Source: Podospora anserina (Eukaryota). From it: DNA of 64,000 bases. The notes below the pieces were generated by a model. That model ran no database searches and was not told the DNA's origin. It saw only the letters and a program-made list of their open reading frames with translations. Shown here one piece after another: positions 1-14,550 of this stretch (position 1 is the first letter of the stretch; the number at the start of each line of letters is the position of its first letter). The translations under genes were made by a program, and so were the position numbers. The stretch covers positions 372,001 to 436,000 of the forward strand of contig CM030332.1 of assembly GCA_017654855.1 (NCBI GenBank), written 5' to 3'.

Positions 1-872
1 AATAAATATATTATAGGTTTTCCTTTTAATTATAAAGGATTTAAATTAAATAATATATTAAATAACTTTTAATAATTAAGTAAGGTAATAACCCCCTTTA
101 AATTCCGTACTCCTATAATAATAAACTTACCGCTCCTCTTTAAGTTTATAATTACCCGTTCCCTTACTTATAACTACTTAAAATCGCTAATAATATACTT
201 TTCGTTTAATTATATATTTAATTTTATAGGATAAAAGTAAGCTCCTAAAGTTCTTTAGAGACGAAAGGAGGAGGTCGTTAGGTTACTAGTTATAATAGTT
301 CGATAGGGACGGAAGTATATTCTAAGATCCGAAAAGTAAAAATACTTTTTTCTTTAATTAAAGGAAAATAGATAAAGGGATAGTAAGATTATATTATTTT
401 CCCTTCTTTTTATTAAATAATATTTTTTTTTTTTTTAGTTTATAAAAGATTTTTTTTTTATATACGTATTTACTTACTGGTTTATAATAGTTAAATGCAA
501 AGGGAGGTTTAGTTTAGGGTGCGGCTACAAGCCTAAAAGTATAAGTAAGGAAGCGGGGCTCTTAAAGGACTTAAGGGTTTAAGGGTTATATATATAAGCG
601 GTCTGCTTCGGACATTCTATTTTAAATAGAATATCGACTTTTATTCTTTTTTTCGTATTTTATACCTTACACGCGTATAAGTAATTCTAGCCCTCTAATT
701 AGGCTAATCCGGTGCTTATTATATAGCTTACGAGCCTATAGTATTTTTTCTTTGTCTTACGTAAAGTGCGGCCTGCGAGCGAATTACTATTACGTAAGTA
801 TATTTATTCTGAAACCTATTAAGGGTATATTTATAGTATTGTAGTTATTTTATATATTTTCTCACCATTTTA
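1..872 (+). mobile_element. 3' end of a RIP-degenerate Ty3/Gypsy LTR retrotransposon (second copy of the 1516-13402 family), with 3' LTR at 510-872
   Basis: 1-509 aligns by eye with ~12528-13036. Purine tract AAAGGGAGG precedes TAGTTTAGGGTGCGGC at 510, matching the LTRs at 1516 and 13037. Differences are mostly C>T/G>A. Confidence 0.92.
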
Positions 873-1515
873 CTACAGGCCACTAAGTTACAGAAAAAAG
901 AATTCGAAGTGGTAAATGACGATACTATAGATACCACTACTCTAGTAAATTATTTTATTAACTAGGCTACTACGGCTATTACCTACAGCACTACTTTTAT
1001 CGGCACAGAGCCTAAGACTTTTAAACAGGCCTTAAAGCACCCACTAAAGGACTAGTGGCTACAGGCCTCCTTCAGTGAGCTACAGTAGCTACTCAATTCC
1101 AAAACCTTCTACTTTATTAACCGCTTACAGGCTCCAAAAAGGCCTATTACTAGCCGATGGGTCTATAAAGCCAAAAAGGACTCACAGGACCAAATTATTA
1201 AATTTAAAGCCCGGCTAGTAATTAGAGGCTTCTAATAGGTACCCGGAACCGATTTCACGGAGACCTTTATAGCCACTACGGCACTACTTACCTAGCGGGT
1301 TTTACTAGCTATTGCAGCCGAAGAAGACTTAGAAATTAAGCAAATCGATTTCGTTAGGGCCTTTCTTAACGCTGGTGTGGACTCCGATATATATATGGAA
1401 GTCCCTGAAGGCCTATACGAATATAGCTTTAGTAGCTAAACCGCTATAGACCTTTTAAAATAATATTACTAGGACCCTTCGAAGGACCAAGTTATAATAC
1501 TAAAAAGGTCCCTAT

Positions 1516-1881
1516 TAGTTTAGGGTGCGGCTATAGGCTTAAGAGTATGAGTAAGGAAGCGGGGCTCTCAGAGGACTCAGGGGTTCAGGGGTTATGTATA
1601 TAAGCGGTCTGCTTCGGACATTCTATTTTAGACAGGACATCGACTTTTATTCTTTTCTTCGTATTTTATGCCTTGCACGCGTGCAGGCAATTCTGGCCCT
1701 CTAATCAGGCCAATCCGGTGTTTATTATGTGGCCTGCGAGCCCATAGTGTCTTTTCTTTGTCCTACGTAAAGTGCGGCCTGCGAGCGAGTTACTGTTACG
1801 CAGGTGTGTTCATTCTGAGACCTGTTGAGGGTATATTTAAGAGGGTGTTGTGGTTGTTTTATGTGTTTTCTTACTATTTTA
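1516..1881 (+). repeat. 5' LTR of the Gypsy element
   Basis: Near-identical to 13037-13402 and 510-872. Termini TA..TA are consistent with RIPed TG..CA. Confidence 0.93.
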
Positions 1882-1883
1882 AA

Positions 1884-1900
1884 TGGAGGTCGTGCCCGGG
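1884..1900 (+). other. Primer binding site, tRNA-Gln type
   Basis: TGGAGGTCGTGCCCGGG 2 bp after the 5' LTR. Complementary to the recalled 3' end of ascomycete tRNA-Gln (..CCCGGGCACGACCT-CCA); not database-checked. Confidence 0.75.
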
Positions 1901-4900
1901 TTGAGTAAAGCTTAGGGTCCAAACTAGACTTATAAGCCCTAGGTACTAAAGGAAATACGAAGTTACGAATAATAATAAATATTAATAACTTTACTAAACC
2001 CCGCGAGGTTTAACGGAAATAATTTTTTTCTATTTAATCGGATAAAGCTCTTTTATTATTAACTAAACTTTAAACTTTTTACCCGCGAGTAAAGAGTTAA
2101 ATATATAGTCCGGATAGGACCGGGAAGTAAATTAAAAATATTAATTAAAACTAGTTCGTTAATAAACCTTATTTCCGCGTTAATTATTAAAGTCCTTTCC
2201 TATTTTTAGTTAAGAGGAATCCTTTTAGTATATTATTTAACGATAGTAGATAATTATAGGGATTTCCGGGTTAATTTAATTTAGGATATTAGGAACTTAA
2301 AAGTAAAAAGACGAAAATACTTTCCCTTTAATCTAAGTAAATATAACTTATATTTATATACTAAAGTTATAAGGGACAACCGTCTTTATATTTCTAATAA
2401 TATATATAAAGAAAAAACTATACTACTAACGTAAATATAATAATAATTATCGAGTATCGATATATTTAATAATATTCTATCTATTATTTCGGTTAGCTTT
2501 CCTAGCGATAACTAGGGGTATTAAGCTCCTACGGCTCGTTCCGTAATAAAAGTAATTATTCCGGTAGCTAGGTCCCCGGAATTATTATTATTTATCCTCT
2601 CTCCGGCTACGAACCGCGCTTACCCTAAAAATATTAAAACCCCTCGCCCCCTTTTTAATTAAAGTAACCCGATTATAAGGCCTAACGCTCTTAACGTATT
2701 AAGTAAACTTTATACTTACCTAAATCTTATTACTTAAAATTATACTACGCCTCCTACTCAGTATACCGGATATCCCGCTCCTCTTCCTAAATTCGCGTAT
2801 TAATTTTAGTAATCCGGATATTTATATCCTATAGGAGCTTACCCCGACTATCGTTACTTCTAAGGGTCCCCTACGTTTAATTATCTAACCTCTTATTTTA
2901 TAGTACCTATATATTTTCTTTAACGTAAATTCCTTAATCCGAAAAAAATTAATTTTAAAAATAATTTTAAAGGAAAGTACTTTACGAAATATCTAAAGCA
3001 TTTCAAAAATACCTATAAAAAGTACTATATTATAGAATTTATTTTTTACGTTCGTAAATTTAAATCTTAATATAACTTTAATATAAAAAAATAGATTAAT
3101 AAATATATAGACCTACCTACACCCACCGATATTTAACTTATCTTAATTATCCGCTTTAAACGCCTTTTTAAAATCTATAACCCCCAATAAAATAAAAATA
3201 TTTATAGGAAGTTAAATAACTTCTATACTAAAGTTATCCCTAAAAGTATAAGCGAATTAAAAAAAGTTATTTTTAATTATTCTAAATTACTTTCTCGAGT
3301 ACCGACCGGGGAAAAAGAAATAGTAAAAGTTAGGGTTATTAACCGCTTTTAAATAAAATTCTCCGAGTTAATAAGGATAACCTTTATTAACCAAAAAGGA
3401 TCCGAACGTCGTTTAAGATCTATAAATTTTATTATTTAGAGTAATTAAATTAATAATATAATCGAAAATAAATATAATATAAAAAGAAGAATCTATAAGG
3501 AAAATAAATTAATTATTATACCTTTCCCTATTACCTTTAATTAGGCGGCCGAGGTATTCGATTAATATATAGCGGTTAACGTTATAATAAATAAAGAGAT
3601 AGTACTATAGTATTTAAGAGCGAATATTTATAATAATTTTTCTATACCGGGAAACGGTAAATTTAGGATAATAAGGACCCGCGTTTAATATTTAAAAAAC
3701 TAAATACTTTACTCTCTAGATTTTAATATTAACCTTAATAGGGAAATAAATTTATTTTTTAATACTTTCTTTATTATTAATATTAAGACCTAGTTTAAAA
3801 GATTAAGGGGGTAATACTATAATAGCCCTCCCCTACTAAAAAAATACTTTTAGTATAGTAAGATTAGTTATTACGCTAAATCGACGGAATATCCGAAGAA
3901 GGAGTATAATAAAGCGTGGAAATTATATTATATTAAAGGAAGTAGAGTATATATTAGTAAAAAGGAATAGCCGGAAAATAAAAAAATATAATTTAATTAA
4001 AAGGATATAAGGAAAGTATAGTATAAAGGGAAAGTTAGTAACTTAGTTCGTATTATAATTTCGTTAAAACTAAAACTAAATAGGGCCTATAAAGCTTATA
4101 CGAAATAAGCTAAATATTAAGAAACTCGTAAGGGTAAGGGATATAGGCCCGAGGTTTTTTTAATTAAAGGGAAGGAGTAAATAGTTATTTAGATAGTTAA
4201 GGTTATAAATATTAAGTTAAATAAATTTTATAAATACTTTAAACCCTACGTACCGTTTAACGAAAATTTAATTAATAATTATATTATTAAAAATATTTTA
4301 TAACGCTATTTAATAAAAAAGTAGTTATTTAGGAATATTCTAAAGCGTTTTAATAATACCTTAATAGTTATTTATAATTAAAAGGTAGAAGTAAGGGTAA
4401 GTACGTAAAAAGCGAAGAAAATAAAGATCGAGGATTTACCGAAAAAGGATATAAATAACCTAGCCTTAGCCGAAAATCCGAAAGTAGTATTTACCCCCGT
4501 ATAAAAGAAATTAAAAGTAATTAAGGAGGGAGTTTCGTTCGATTAGAGGGATAGAGTCCGGAGTAACTTAAAGTTACTTAATAGTAAAATAAAGGACTTT
4601 AAGGATTATATTACCGAGAAAGTTAAAAAGTATATTTATAGTTAAATTAAATTTATATTAAAAAAGTATTATAAAGTTTTATTTATATTTATTTACCGGT
4701 TAATAGATTACGTAAAGAATATAGTTGAGGATATTAAGGTAATCGAGTAACGTAGATCTTTTAAAAGTACCCCGAATAAAAAAAGAAAAATCCTATAGAA
4801 GGGGGAGGCTTTACCGTTAACGGTTCGAATAAATTTTTAAACGATTAAATATAGTAAAACTCTTCTGTCTAATTAAAGGAAGATTATCCCTATTTTATAC

Positions 4901-7900
4901 GGGATTACGGCGGATAGTAAATATAGTATAATCGAGGGAGGTATTTAGGAGAAGATTATCGAAAGTAAGGTTTAACCGGGTAATAGCCTAAAAGAGCGAT
5001 TACGGACTTTACTATCTACGCCTATTAGCCGGCTTTCCGGTAGTAAACGAACTCTCCTAAAAGCCGTTACTCGAACCTATAACGTCCTATCGCTATATTA
5101 TAACTTCGTTTTACTAACTTTAAAGAAGATATTAATAATATTAAATATAAGCTCGGAGTATAACCTAATTAGTAAGGCTATAATTAAAAGGTTTTATTTA
5201 CCGATAATATTAACGAACTTATAATCTAAAAACTTTTATAGAAATCCGGTTATATTTATAAGTAAGACTTAAGTTCTAATAATATTAATTAGGGTTTTAA
5301 TTTTATATTATTTTTTTATTATTAATAATATTAAAGCTTTAGGTTTCTATAATTTATTATTAAATATCCCGTTTTTTACGGATATAAGCTTTACCCTTAA
5401 TTTTATAAAGGGCTATATAATTAACGTAAATATATTATATAAAGGAAAGTTAATTAAGGTTTACGTAATAAAAAAAAAATAATTAATAAAATAAAAGCGA
5501 AATATAATAATAGGGATCGAAATAATATTTTTCTTATTAGTTAACCCTTATAAGTATTTAAGGGATTAATTAATAAAAGAATACTTATCTTTAAGTAGGT
5601 AACGGAGGAGCTAGAGGAAAGGAATAAAGTAATTAGGGGATTAAATAAAGGAGTTAAGCGTTTTTTATTTAATTTTATTTTAAGGAAATTAAGTTTATTA
5701 TTATTAAATTATTATTTAGCGTTTAATATTATTTTTTATAAAAATAAAAAAAAGGGGGATATTAAGAGTAAGGGAAGAAAGAATATTAATAATTAGAGGG
5801 AAAGAAAGAAGGGAGGTATAAGGGATTATTAAAAAAAAAAGTTTTTATTTTAACCTAAAAAAGTAAAAATTATAATAAAAACTTTAATTTCGGACAAAAT
5901 TTTAAGGAAAGAACGACCGTTATTACCGACCTTTATAATAGATTTATATTTAGTACCGTCGCTACTACTATTAAAAATATTACTACCGTTTAATTAAAGG
6001 ACTAATAGAATAACCTTATTTAAATTTAATATAATATCCTTATATTTAAAAATATTTAATTAGTTCTTTACTTAATTAAGTTAATATAACCTCTTTACTA
6101 TATAACTATATAAATATTATTTACCTTTACCCCCTTTTAAAAAAAAAAATAATATAAAAACTAATTTAATTATTATTTTTAAATAGGCCTAACTAACGCC
6201 TATAAATATTATTATTATTATTATAATATATAAAAGGATAAATAAAAAAGTAAAGCCGGTTAATAATATTAGGTTAAATAGTAGCACTCTTAAAGGAAAT
6301 CCGAACTAAAAAGTAAGGAGATAGGCAGTAATTAAGGAATCCCTATAATATAGCTTAAAATTTAATAATATTATAGTCCCTAAATTTTTTAAAATAATTA
6401 AAGGGTTATACTTTACTTTAAAACGTTTAGCCGATTTAATTAAATAAATTATCGATATTTTAATAGATTAAGAGGTTAAAGTATTTATAATAATTTTATT
6501 TATAAAAAAGGTTATATTAATATAAAACTTTACCGAATATAAATAGATCTTTAAAGAAGTCTTCCTTACTTAATATATTAGGACTATCCTTTATAAAGCG
6601 TAGTAAAGTAAGTTTATTCCGATCCTAAAATTATTCGTAAGGAAAATTATTAATCTTTTTAAGGAACGAATTAAAAAAAATATTATTAAAGAAACGTATA
6701 GTCCCTACCGCAATAATTAATTCTTAATAAAAAAAAAGGATAGTAGCCTCCGTTTAATTAATAATACCTAAAAATATAATAAAGTTACGTAACGAAATAC
6801 CTTTATTCTATTAAATATTAAAGAGTTTAGCGAGGATTTTATAGGGTACTTTATTATTTCCTTACTTAATTTTTTTTCCGGATATAATTAAATTAAATTA
6901 ATTTTAACGAACCGAAACTTTATTATTTTCGCGATATTTATTAGTTTATTTAAGATATATACTTTACTTTAAAAAGCTATTAATTTAGTAGTTTAATTTT
7001 AAAAAGCCGTAACTAAAGTCTTTTAAAATCTTATTCTACAGGTGTGTCGGCTATATTTAAACGATATTGTAATAAAAGGGCTAAGGTAAAACTATAATAG
7101 TAAAAAAAAAAGGTTAGGAATTAGAAAGTAGGTTTTAGAATATTTAAAGAATATCGATATAGTTTTACTTAATTATAAACTTATAGGAACTATAATTATA
7201 ACCGTAAAATCCCTTTAGTATAAACGAAAAACTATTATCCTTAACTATTCCTATATACCGGACGGGCGCCTCCCTAATTAAATAAAAATAATAAAAATAA
7301 AGGAATAACGAATTTACTATAATCTTAAAGATATTTACGCCTTCCTAGGGATCACCGGCTACTATCGGCTATAGGTACCTCTCTTTAATCTAATCGCAGT
7401 TCCACTATATTTTTTAATAAGGAAGGATACGAAATAGGAATGGACGGAAATTTAATAAGGTACGATAAAGTAACTTACTTTTTTAATTATAAAAGTACCG
7501 TATTTAATTTCTTTAATATTTAATAATAACCGTTTCGGTAAAATCTTTATTATTTTTAATATAAATTTAACGGGGTAAGGAATAGTAATTAAATAAGTAA
7601 AACCTAATAGAAAACGGTACCCTTATCGGTTTAAAAGTAATATTTAGAGCCCGGCTAAATAAAGGTATAATACTATTAAAAAGGAGTTAAAAAGATTATT
7701 ATATATTTTAAAGAGATTTAAAAAGTATCTTTTCGGGGTATATTTTACGGTAGAAATAAACGCTTAAATAGTAATCTATTAAGTTTAGGGGGCAACTAAT
7801 AACGTTCCCGGCGCTTTAATAATAAAATAATTAAAATAGATTAAACTTTTCGATTTTATAATTATTTATATCTTTAAAAGTAAAAACCTTATAATAAACG

Positions 7901-10900
7901 TATTATCGAGAAAACTATTTAGCCCCTTTAATTTAAAGGAGAAGGAGTTAAAGTTAGATATTAATAATAAGGTTAACGTAAGGATCTGGAAAAACAATAT
8001 TTAAAAAGTAAATGTTTAGTAAATAAATATTAAAAAAAAAAAAAAAGAAGTTATTAAATAAGGTCCCTATTTAAATAGACTATAGTCTCCTTATTCCTAT
8101 ATTATCGCCGAATTCCTTACGACTAATACGGAATTAAGGGCTAAAACGAAGTTTAACGTTTAAACTATTAAAAATAATACTTTAAAAATAATTTTCGAAA
8201 ATAGAGTTTTATTTCTTAAACTAAATAAAGGAAGCTTTCCCCCTAAGAGAATTATTAATCCTTTAATCGAGCAGGAAAGAGTCTTTAATATGTATTATAA
8301 CGAAATAGGCTATAAAGGACGGAAAATTATTTATACCCGAATAATAAAAAACTATTATTAAAAAGGTATATACGTTAACGTTAAGGCTTAGATTAAAATA
8401 TATAAATAATATTAATAATAAAGCCCGAAGCGTTAAAAGGATTAGTATTTATATATTAAGCCTTTAATTACCTTATTTATAAAGTAATATTTAAACGTTT
8501 AGTTTTTATTAATAACTTCGGGAGAAAAAACCTACCTTTTAAAAGTAAGAAATAACTTAATTAAATATTTAAAAATAAAAGTCTTAAGCTTAAGTAAAGC
8601 TTTTAGGGTTAAAAACTTTATCCTATACAATATTATCCTTAAATAGGGTTACCCTTTAATTATAGTGGTGGACGGCGGATTAGAATTTAGGAAAGAAGTT
8701 ACTAAGATTTTAGAGAAGTTAGGAGTTCTTCGGATAATAATTTTACTTTATAACGTAAAAATAAATAAAATAACGGAGTTTAATTATATCCTAATTATAT
8801 TAATATTAATAAAAATAATAAATAGGACGGGGAAAAAATAAAAATAGTAGCTCCCTTATATATTATTTATTAATAGGATTACGATATGAAATATTTATAA
8901 GTATAATACTTTCTATTTAATATATAGGTTTAACCCTATTACGTCGATCGAAAAGGACGTACCGTTATAAAGAGTTATTTAGTAGGAAAAAATTAATTTC
9001 GATAAATTAAAAAGATATTAAAAGGAGAGAGCGATTATAGATTTAATAAAAGTAAGGGCGAGATTATTAAAATCCTAGGAGATAAATTTGACTTTAGTAG
9101 TTAAGAGGGTTAATATAGTAAAATAAAAAGCCGCGGTAAGAAAAAATAAAAAAGGGATTCGCAATATTAGGCCTAAAAATAGTATAATTAAAAAGGGGGA
9201 TTTAGTATTAATATATAAAATAGATAGAAAGTTAAATATAAGTATAGTAAAGAAGCTATAGTACTATTAGGACGGCCCTTTTAGAATAAAGAAGGTCGAA
9301 CTAAATAATACTTATTATTTTTTAGAGATACTAAATAGGGTACTATTACGAGCTTCTTATACGTTAAATAAAGTAAAGAAGTTTTTTAAGTTAGAAGACG
9401 TATATATAAATAAAGAGGATACGGATATATAGTTAGGACTAGGGAGAGTTAAGTAGGTACCTAGGAATAGAATAAAGGAAGGCGTAGATATAGTAGAAAA
9501 TAAAGATAAAGAAAAAGAGATAGTAAAAGAAATATTAAAGAAAATAATAATTAGGGGGAAGATTTAGATAGAACGGAAGAATATTAAAGTATAAAAGAGA
9601 TTTAAGAAAGGTAAAAGTATAGAGGTAGTCCTAAAGAAAGGTAGATTAAAGAATTTTTTAAGTAATTAGGGGGAAATAATAATGAAAATATTATAATTAT
9701 TATTTTTCTTTAAAAGGGTACTAAAATTTATATTATAAAAATAGAGCTATAGAAGCTATTTATTTTTAAAGGGAAGAAAAATATTAAGGAAAGTAATTAA
9801 TTAAAGTAAAGATTATTATATTAAATTTTTAATTTTTTTTTTTTTTTTCTTATTATTTCTTTTTCCGATTTACTTCTCTTTTTATACCCTTTCCTCTAAT
9901 CTAAGGAAGTAAAAAACTATTTTTTTTCTTTTTTCTTTTCCTTTTTCTTATCTATTTATTATTTCTTAAGCTCTTTATATTTAGCCTACTATTCTTCTTA
10001 CTCCTAATCCTAATCGACTTCCTTATTATTAAAAATTAAACTTACGGTATTATAATTTAATTTTAATAACCTACCACTACTAAAATCCTTAAAGTAAGGG
10101 CTATCCTTATTAATATTAAATTATAAGTAATAAATATTTTTATATTAGTAATTCCCGTATTTTTAATTAAAGTCCTCTCTTCTTATATAACCGAAGTATA
10201 GTTATATTACTTTAATTTTAGTCCTATCGGGGAACGTTACGAAAGACCGGCAATAACTTTAATCGTATTTATTATATAGATTAATATAACTAAATTTAAT
10301 ATATTAATATTAAGCTAAATCTAATTAGGGGGGCGGCACTTATAGTAACCCGGTAGTTTAAATAAATAAATTTTTAAAGCGATAAGCCCGCTTAACGATT
10401 TCGAAGAGCTAACGTTTAAAGAATTACTTATTAAATCGTTCGACGAAAATCCGTTTAACGGAATCGGTCGATAATACTTTAAAAATATAATTAATAATAG
10501 TTTTATCCGTATTAATATCCTTAAAAAATAATTACTATTCTTTTTTACCCCCCTTTTTCGTCGGATTAAGGAGGAACTATTTAAAGTAAAGGAAAGTAGT
10601 TATATATTTAGGATCTAAAAGGGAAATCTTAAAGTATTAAAAAATAGCTTAATAAGGGAAAAAAATATTGTAATAAGTATTAATACTTTTAAATATAGTA
10701 GAGTCGTAAATATAAATAGGACGCCGAACTTAAACGTACTTTTTATAAGTAACGCTTTAATTATTAAGAGCACGGGTAAGGTCGGTAGGATAATAAGTAA
10801 AGGTAATAAGTAAAGGTTTTTAAGTAGGGTCTATAGTAACCTTAGACTAATCGTATATAATAAGGTTAAAAACTCCCTCGACCTAACTAAAAAGTTTTTT

Positions 10901-13036
10901 AACGAAAGAGGTTATAAATACTTAAATAGTAAAATCGTTAACCACCTAATCGAACGAAGCAATAGGTTTCCTTAAAGAAAAGGTTATTAGGAGGAAGCGG
11001 TTAATAAATACTAAAAAAAATAAAAAGTAAGCGGGAATAAAAAGAACTAGTATAGGTATTTATAATTAAAGGATAGGATAGTGCGACTAATCTTATAAAC
11101 CTTTATAAGAGGGAGACTCATTAAAGCGCTCTTTCCTCCTTAAACGGCTTACATAACTATCTAATAATTTTGCTTTATAAGCTAAGCAAACAATAGAGAA
11201 TAAAGACTTACCGAAAACCTTTTTCCCTCTTTAATTCTCTATTCTAAAAAAAAAAAAAAAAAAAAAATTCCTTACTTCCCTCTCGATAACCCTCTAATCA
11301 TAGATTACACTACATACTACTCCCTCTTAATTTTTATAAAACGATATTATTAACGCTTTTTATAAAGTCCATTTACGATATATTATAGGAAGAATTTACC
11401 GCTATTAAGAAATTCGGCCTTCCTAATAATTTCGTTAAAAAGATTATTCGGAAAGCGCGCTTTTAAAGTATCGATAGGGTTTATAACTCTAATCCCCCGC
11501 GCAGTATTTTCTTTCCTTAAAGTAATAATACTCTTTAACCTATTCGTTTTAGCTTTAACTTAGTTACCGACCTAAAAGATTATATTATAGGAAAGCGGCC
11601 CGACTAAATCAATATTATTTTCGTAAAATAATTTTCGATTAATACTATTAAATATTTTTTTCCTAACTTAAGAATAACGACCCTCCCTAATCGGACTTAT
11701 ATTTACGGTATCTATATAACTTCCCTTACTTACGCTATATATAACCTTTAAAGTTAATTAAAAGTTAAATAGTAATTTATTAGCTCGGTCCTTACCTACG
11801 CTCTTCGGTACTCTCTTTAAAGAATCCTTAAGCGTTATATATAGATTTTTAAAAAGCCTTTAAACCCTATTATAATAAAGTTGTCGATACGTTTTTTCCT
11901 ACTTAACGATAATTATAATGTTTTTAACTAACAATACTAAGTCCTCCCTATTTATATTAATAACGGAAGTTACTAAGTAGTAAGTATCTATAACGTTACT
12001 ACTAGTATTTTAGTTTATATAGATTCGTTAAAGGATTAAAAAGGGTATTAAACTAATATTATTTTTTATTTAATATTTTATATCCGTTACGCTTTCTACT
12101 ATAGTTTTAATATAAAAGTAAAGAGGCTAGCTTACAGTAAATAGGGCGGGGTGTAAAAATATAGTCTTTAGGTTTTAAAGTATTACTATATTTATTTTTA
12201 GGGAGGTATTTCGTACGGTAAAAAGGAGGATTTAACGGTAATAAAGGTTTAGAAAGGAAATCGTTATTATAGAGACTATAAAACCGTAAGCGTTACGGAG
12301 AAAAAAATAATAAAATTATAAATAGTTTATATAAAAAGGTTTTTAAATTATAAACTTAATTAGAAGGTATATAATAAAAAATAGAGGAGGAGGGGCCTAA
12401 AGAACTTAATAAACGCGGAAGGATTTAACTTACTAAGCACCTTCTTATCTCTTTTTAAATCTCTACTAATTCCCCGGTTTACTTCCCTCCTTAGTTCTCT
12501 ATTAACTTTAGTTATTACTATTAAAGGAGATAAGTATATCGTAAGTCTTCCCTTTAATTATAAAGGGTTTAGACTAAATAGCGTATCGAGTAACTCTTAA
12601 CGATTAAGTAGGGTAGTAACCCCCTTTAGGTTCCGCACTCCTATAATAATAAACTCGCCGCTCCTCTCTAGGCCTATAATTACCCGTCCCCTTACTTATA
12701 ACTACTTAAAATCGCTAATAATATACCTTTCGCTTAATTATATATTTAGTTTTATAGGATAAGAATAGGCTCCTAGAGTTCCTTAAAGACGAAAGGAGGA
12801 GGTCGTTAGGTTATTAATTATAATAGTTCGATAGGGACGGAAGTATACTTTAAAATCCGAGAAATAAGGGTACTTTTTTCTCTAATTAAGGGAGAATGGA
12901 TAAAGGGATAATAGGATTATATCGTTTTCCCTTTTTTCTACTAAACGATATTTTTTTTTTTTTTATTTATAAAGGATTTTTTTTTTATATACATATTTGC
13001 CCATTAGTTTATAATAGTTAAATACGAAGGGAGGTT

Positions 13037-13402
13037 TAGTTTAGGGTACGGCTATAAGCTTAAAAGTATAAGTAAAGAAGCGGGGCTCTTAGAGGACTCA
13101 GGGGTTCAAGGGTTATATATATAAACGGTTTACTTCGGACATTCTATTTTAGACAGGACATCGACTTTTATTCTTTTCTTCGTATTTTATGCCTTACACG
13201 CGTGCAGGCAATTCTGGCCCTCTGATTAGGCTAATCCGGTGCTTATTATGTAGCTTGCGAGCCCATAGTGTCTTTTCTTTGTCCTACGTGAAGTGCGGCC
13301 TGCGAGCGAGTCACTGTCACGCAGGTGTGTTTATTTTGAGACCTGTTAAGGGTATATTTAAGAGGGTGTTGTGGTTGTTTTGTGTGTTTTCTTACCATTT
13401 CA
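13037..13402 (+). repeat. 3' LTR of the Gypsy element
   Basis: Preceded by PPT GAAGGGAGG (13026-13034), ends TTTCA, followed by TSD CTAT. Confidence 0.93.
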
Positions 13403-14550
13403 CTATACGGCCTAAAACAGGCCCCCTACCTATAGCAACAAAAGGTTATGGCACTAGCCAAAACCCTAGACTATAGTCCACTAGTCTCAGACTCGGCTAC
13501 CTACTATAACCCTTACAAAGGTATCTTTATAGTAAGCCACGTCGACGACTGCTTACTAATTGGACCCTCTATTATAGATATTTAGGCCCTGAAGCTACAG
13601 TTGGCTCAGGCCTACGATATAAAGGACTTAGGCCCTGCTAAATTCTTTCTCGGGGTCCAAATTAAAAGAAATAGGCGTAAAAGGCTACTTTAGCTTTACT
13701 AAAAGGCTTATATCCAAGAGGCTATTAAGCACTTCGAAGTTAGTACTTACGTACCCGCCTTACCGCTCTCTCTAGGCTTTACAGGCCCCGAAACTCCGTC
13801 TGATCTACTAAATAAGGCCGACACTAAGCTATATTAGAGCTTACTAGGCACCACTACCTACCCGATAACCTAAACCCGGGCCGATATTGCCCACTCCGTT
13901 TAGTAGCTTTCACGGCACTTACAAGCACCTAAAGCAGCCCACCTAAAAGCAGCTAAAAAGCTGCTAAGCTACCTATATAGTACGATGGACCTAGCTATAT
14001 AGTTAGGAGGTACGGGTAGTATTGAGCCTATAGGCTATACCGATAGCGATTTCGCTGGCTGTAAAACCATTGCTTAGTCTACTTACGGCTACTTATTTTT
14101 AGTAGGAGGTGGCCCTGTAAGCTGGAAATCTAAACGAGCGCTTACGGTTGCTTACAGTACCCTCGAAGCCGAATATACGGCCTTAATCGAAGGTAACCGG
14201 GAAGCCCTGTAGCTTAGAGGGCTATACAGTGAAATTCAGCGCTCTCTACAGAGCCCTACCCCCCTAAGGTGCGATAACCAAGGCGCTATAGAGATAGCCC
14301 ATAACCCGAAGCACTATAACCGTACTAAGCACACGCTTTTTAAATTCCAGGGCGTTAGGGAGAGCGTTACAGAAGGAAATATCACTATATCCTTTGTACC
14401 TACAGAGGATATAGCAGCCGACGGCCTAATAAAGGCCCTACTAGTACTTAAGTTCCAGCGCTTTTTAGAGCTGATGAACTACCGGAAGCCCAGTACTTAT
14501 AAGGGCCCTACGGCCTAGTAAGTGGGCACCTAGCACTCCCACAGAAGGGG

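Larger units (their letters stand above)
1516..13402 (+). mobile_element. Full-length (11,887 bp) RIP-inactivated Ty3/Gypsy LTR retrotransposon
   Basis: Two 366-bp LTRs, CTAT target duplication at 1512-1515 and 13403-13406, PBS and PPT. Degenerate motifs in Gypsy order: protease-like ~5140, RT with RIPed YLDD at 7054-7065 and LxFFSGY ~6870, RNaseH, integrase VVDGGLEF ~8665, GPF ~9275. Confidence 0.95.

Noticed and set aside
1668-1922. ORFs 1668-1904 and 1725-1922, and the similar 13189-13476
   Set aside because: They lie within LTR copies and are chance frames in the less-RIPed repeat.
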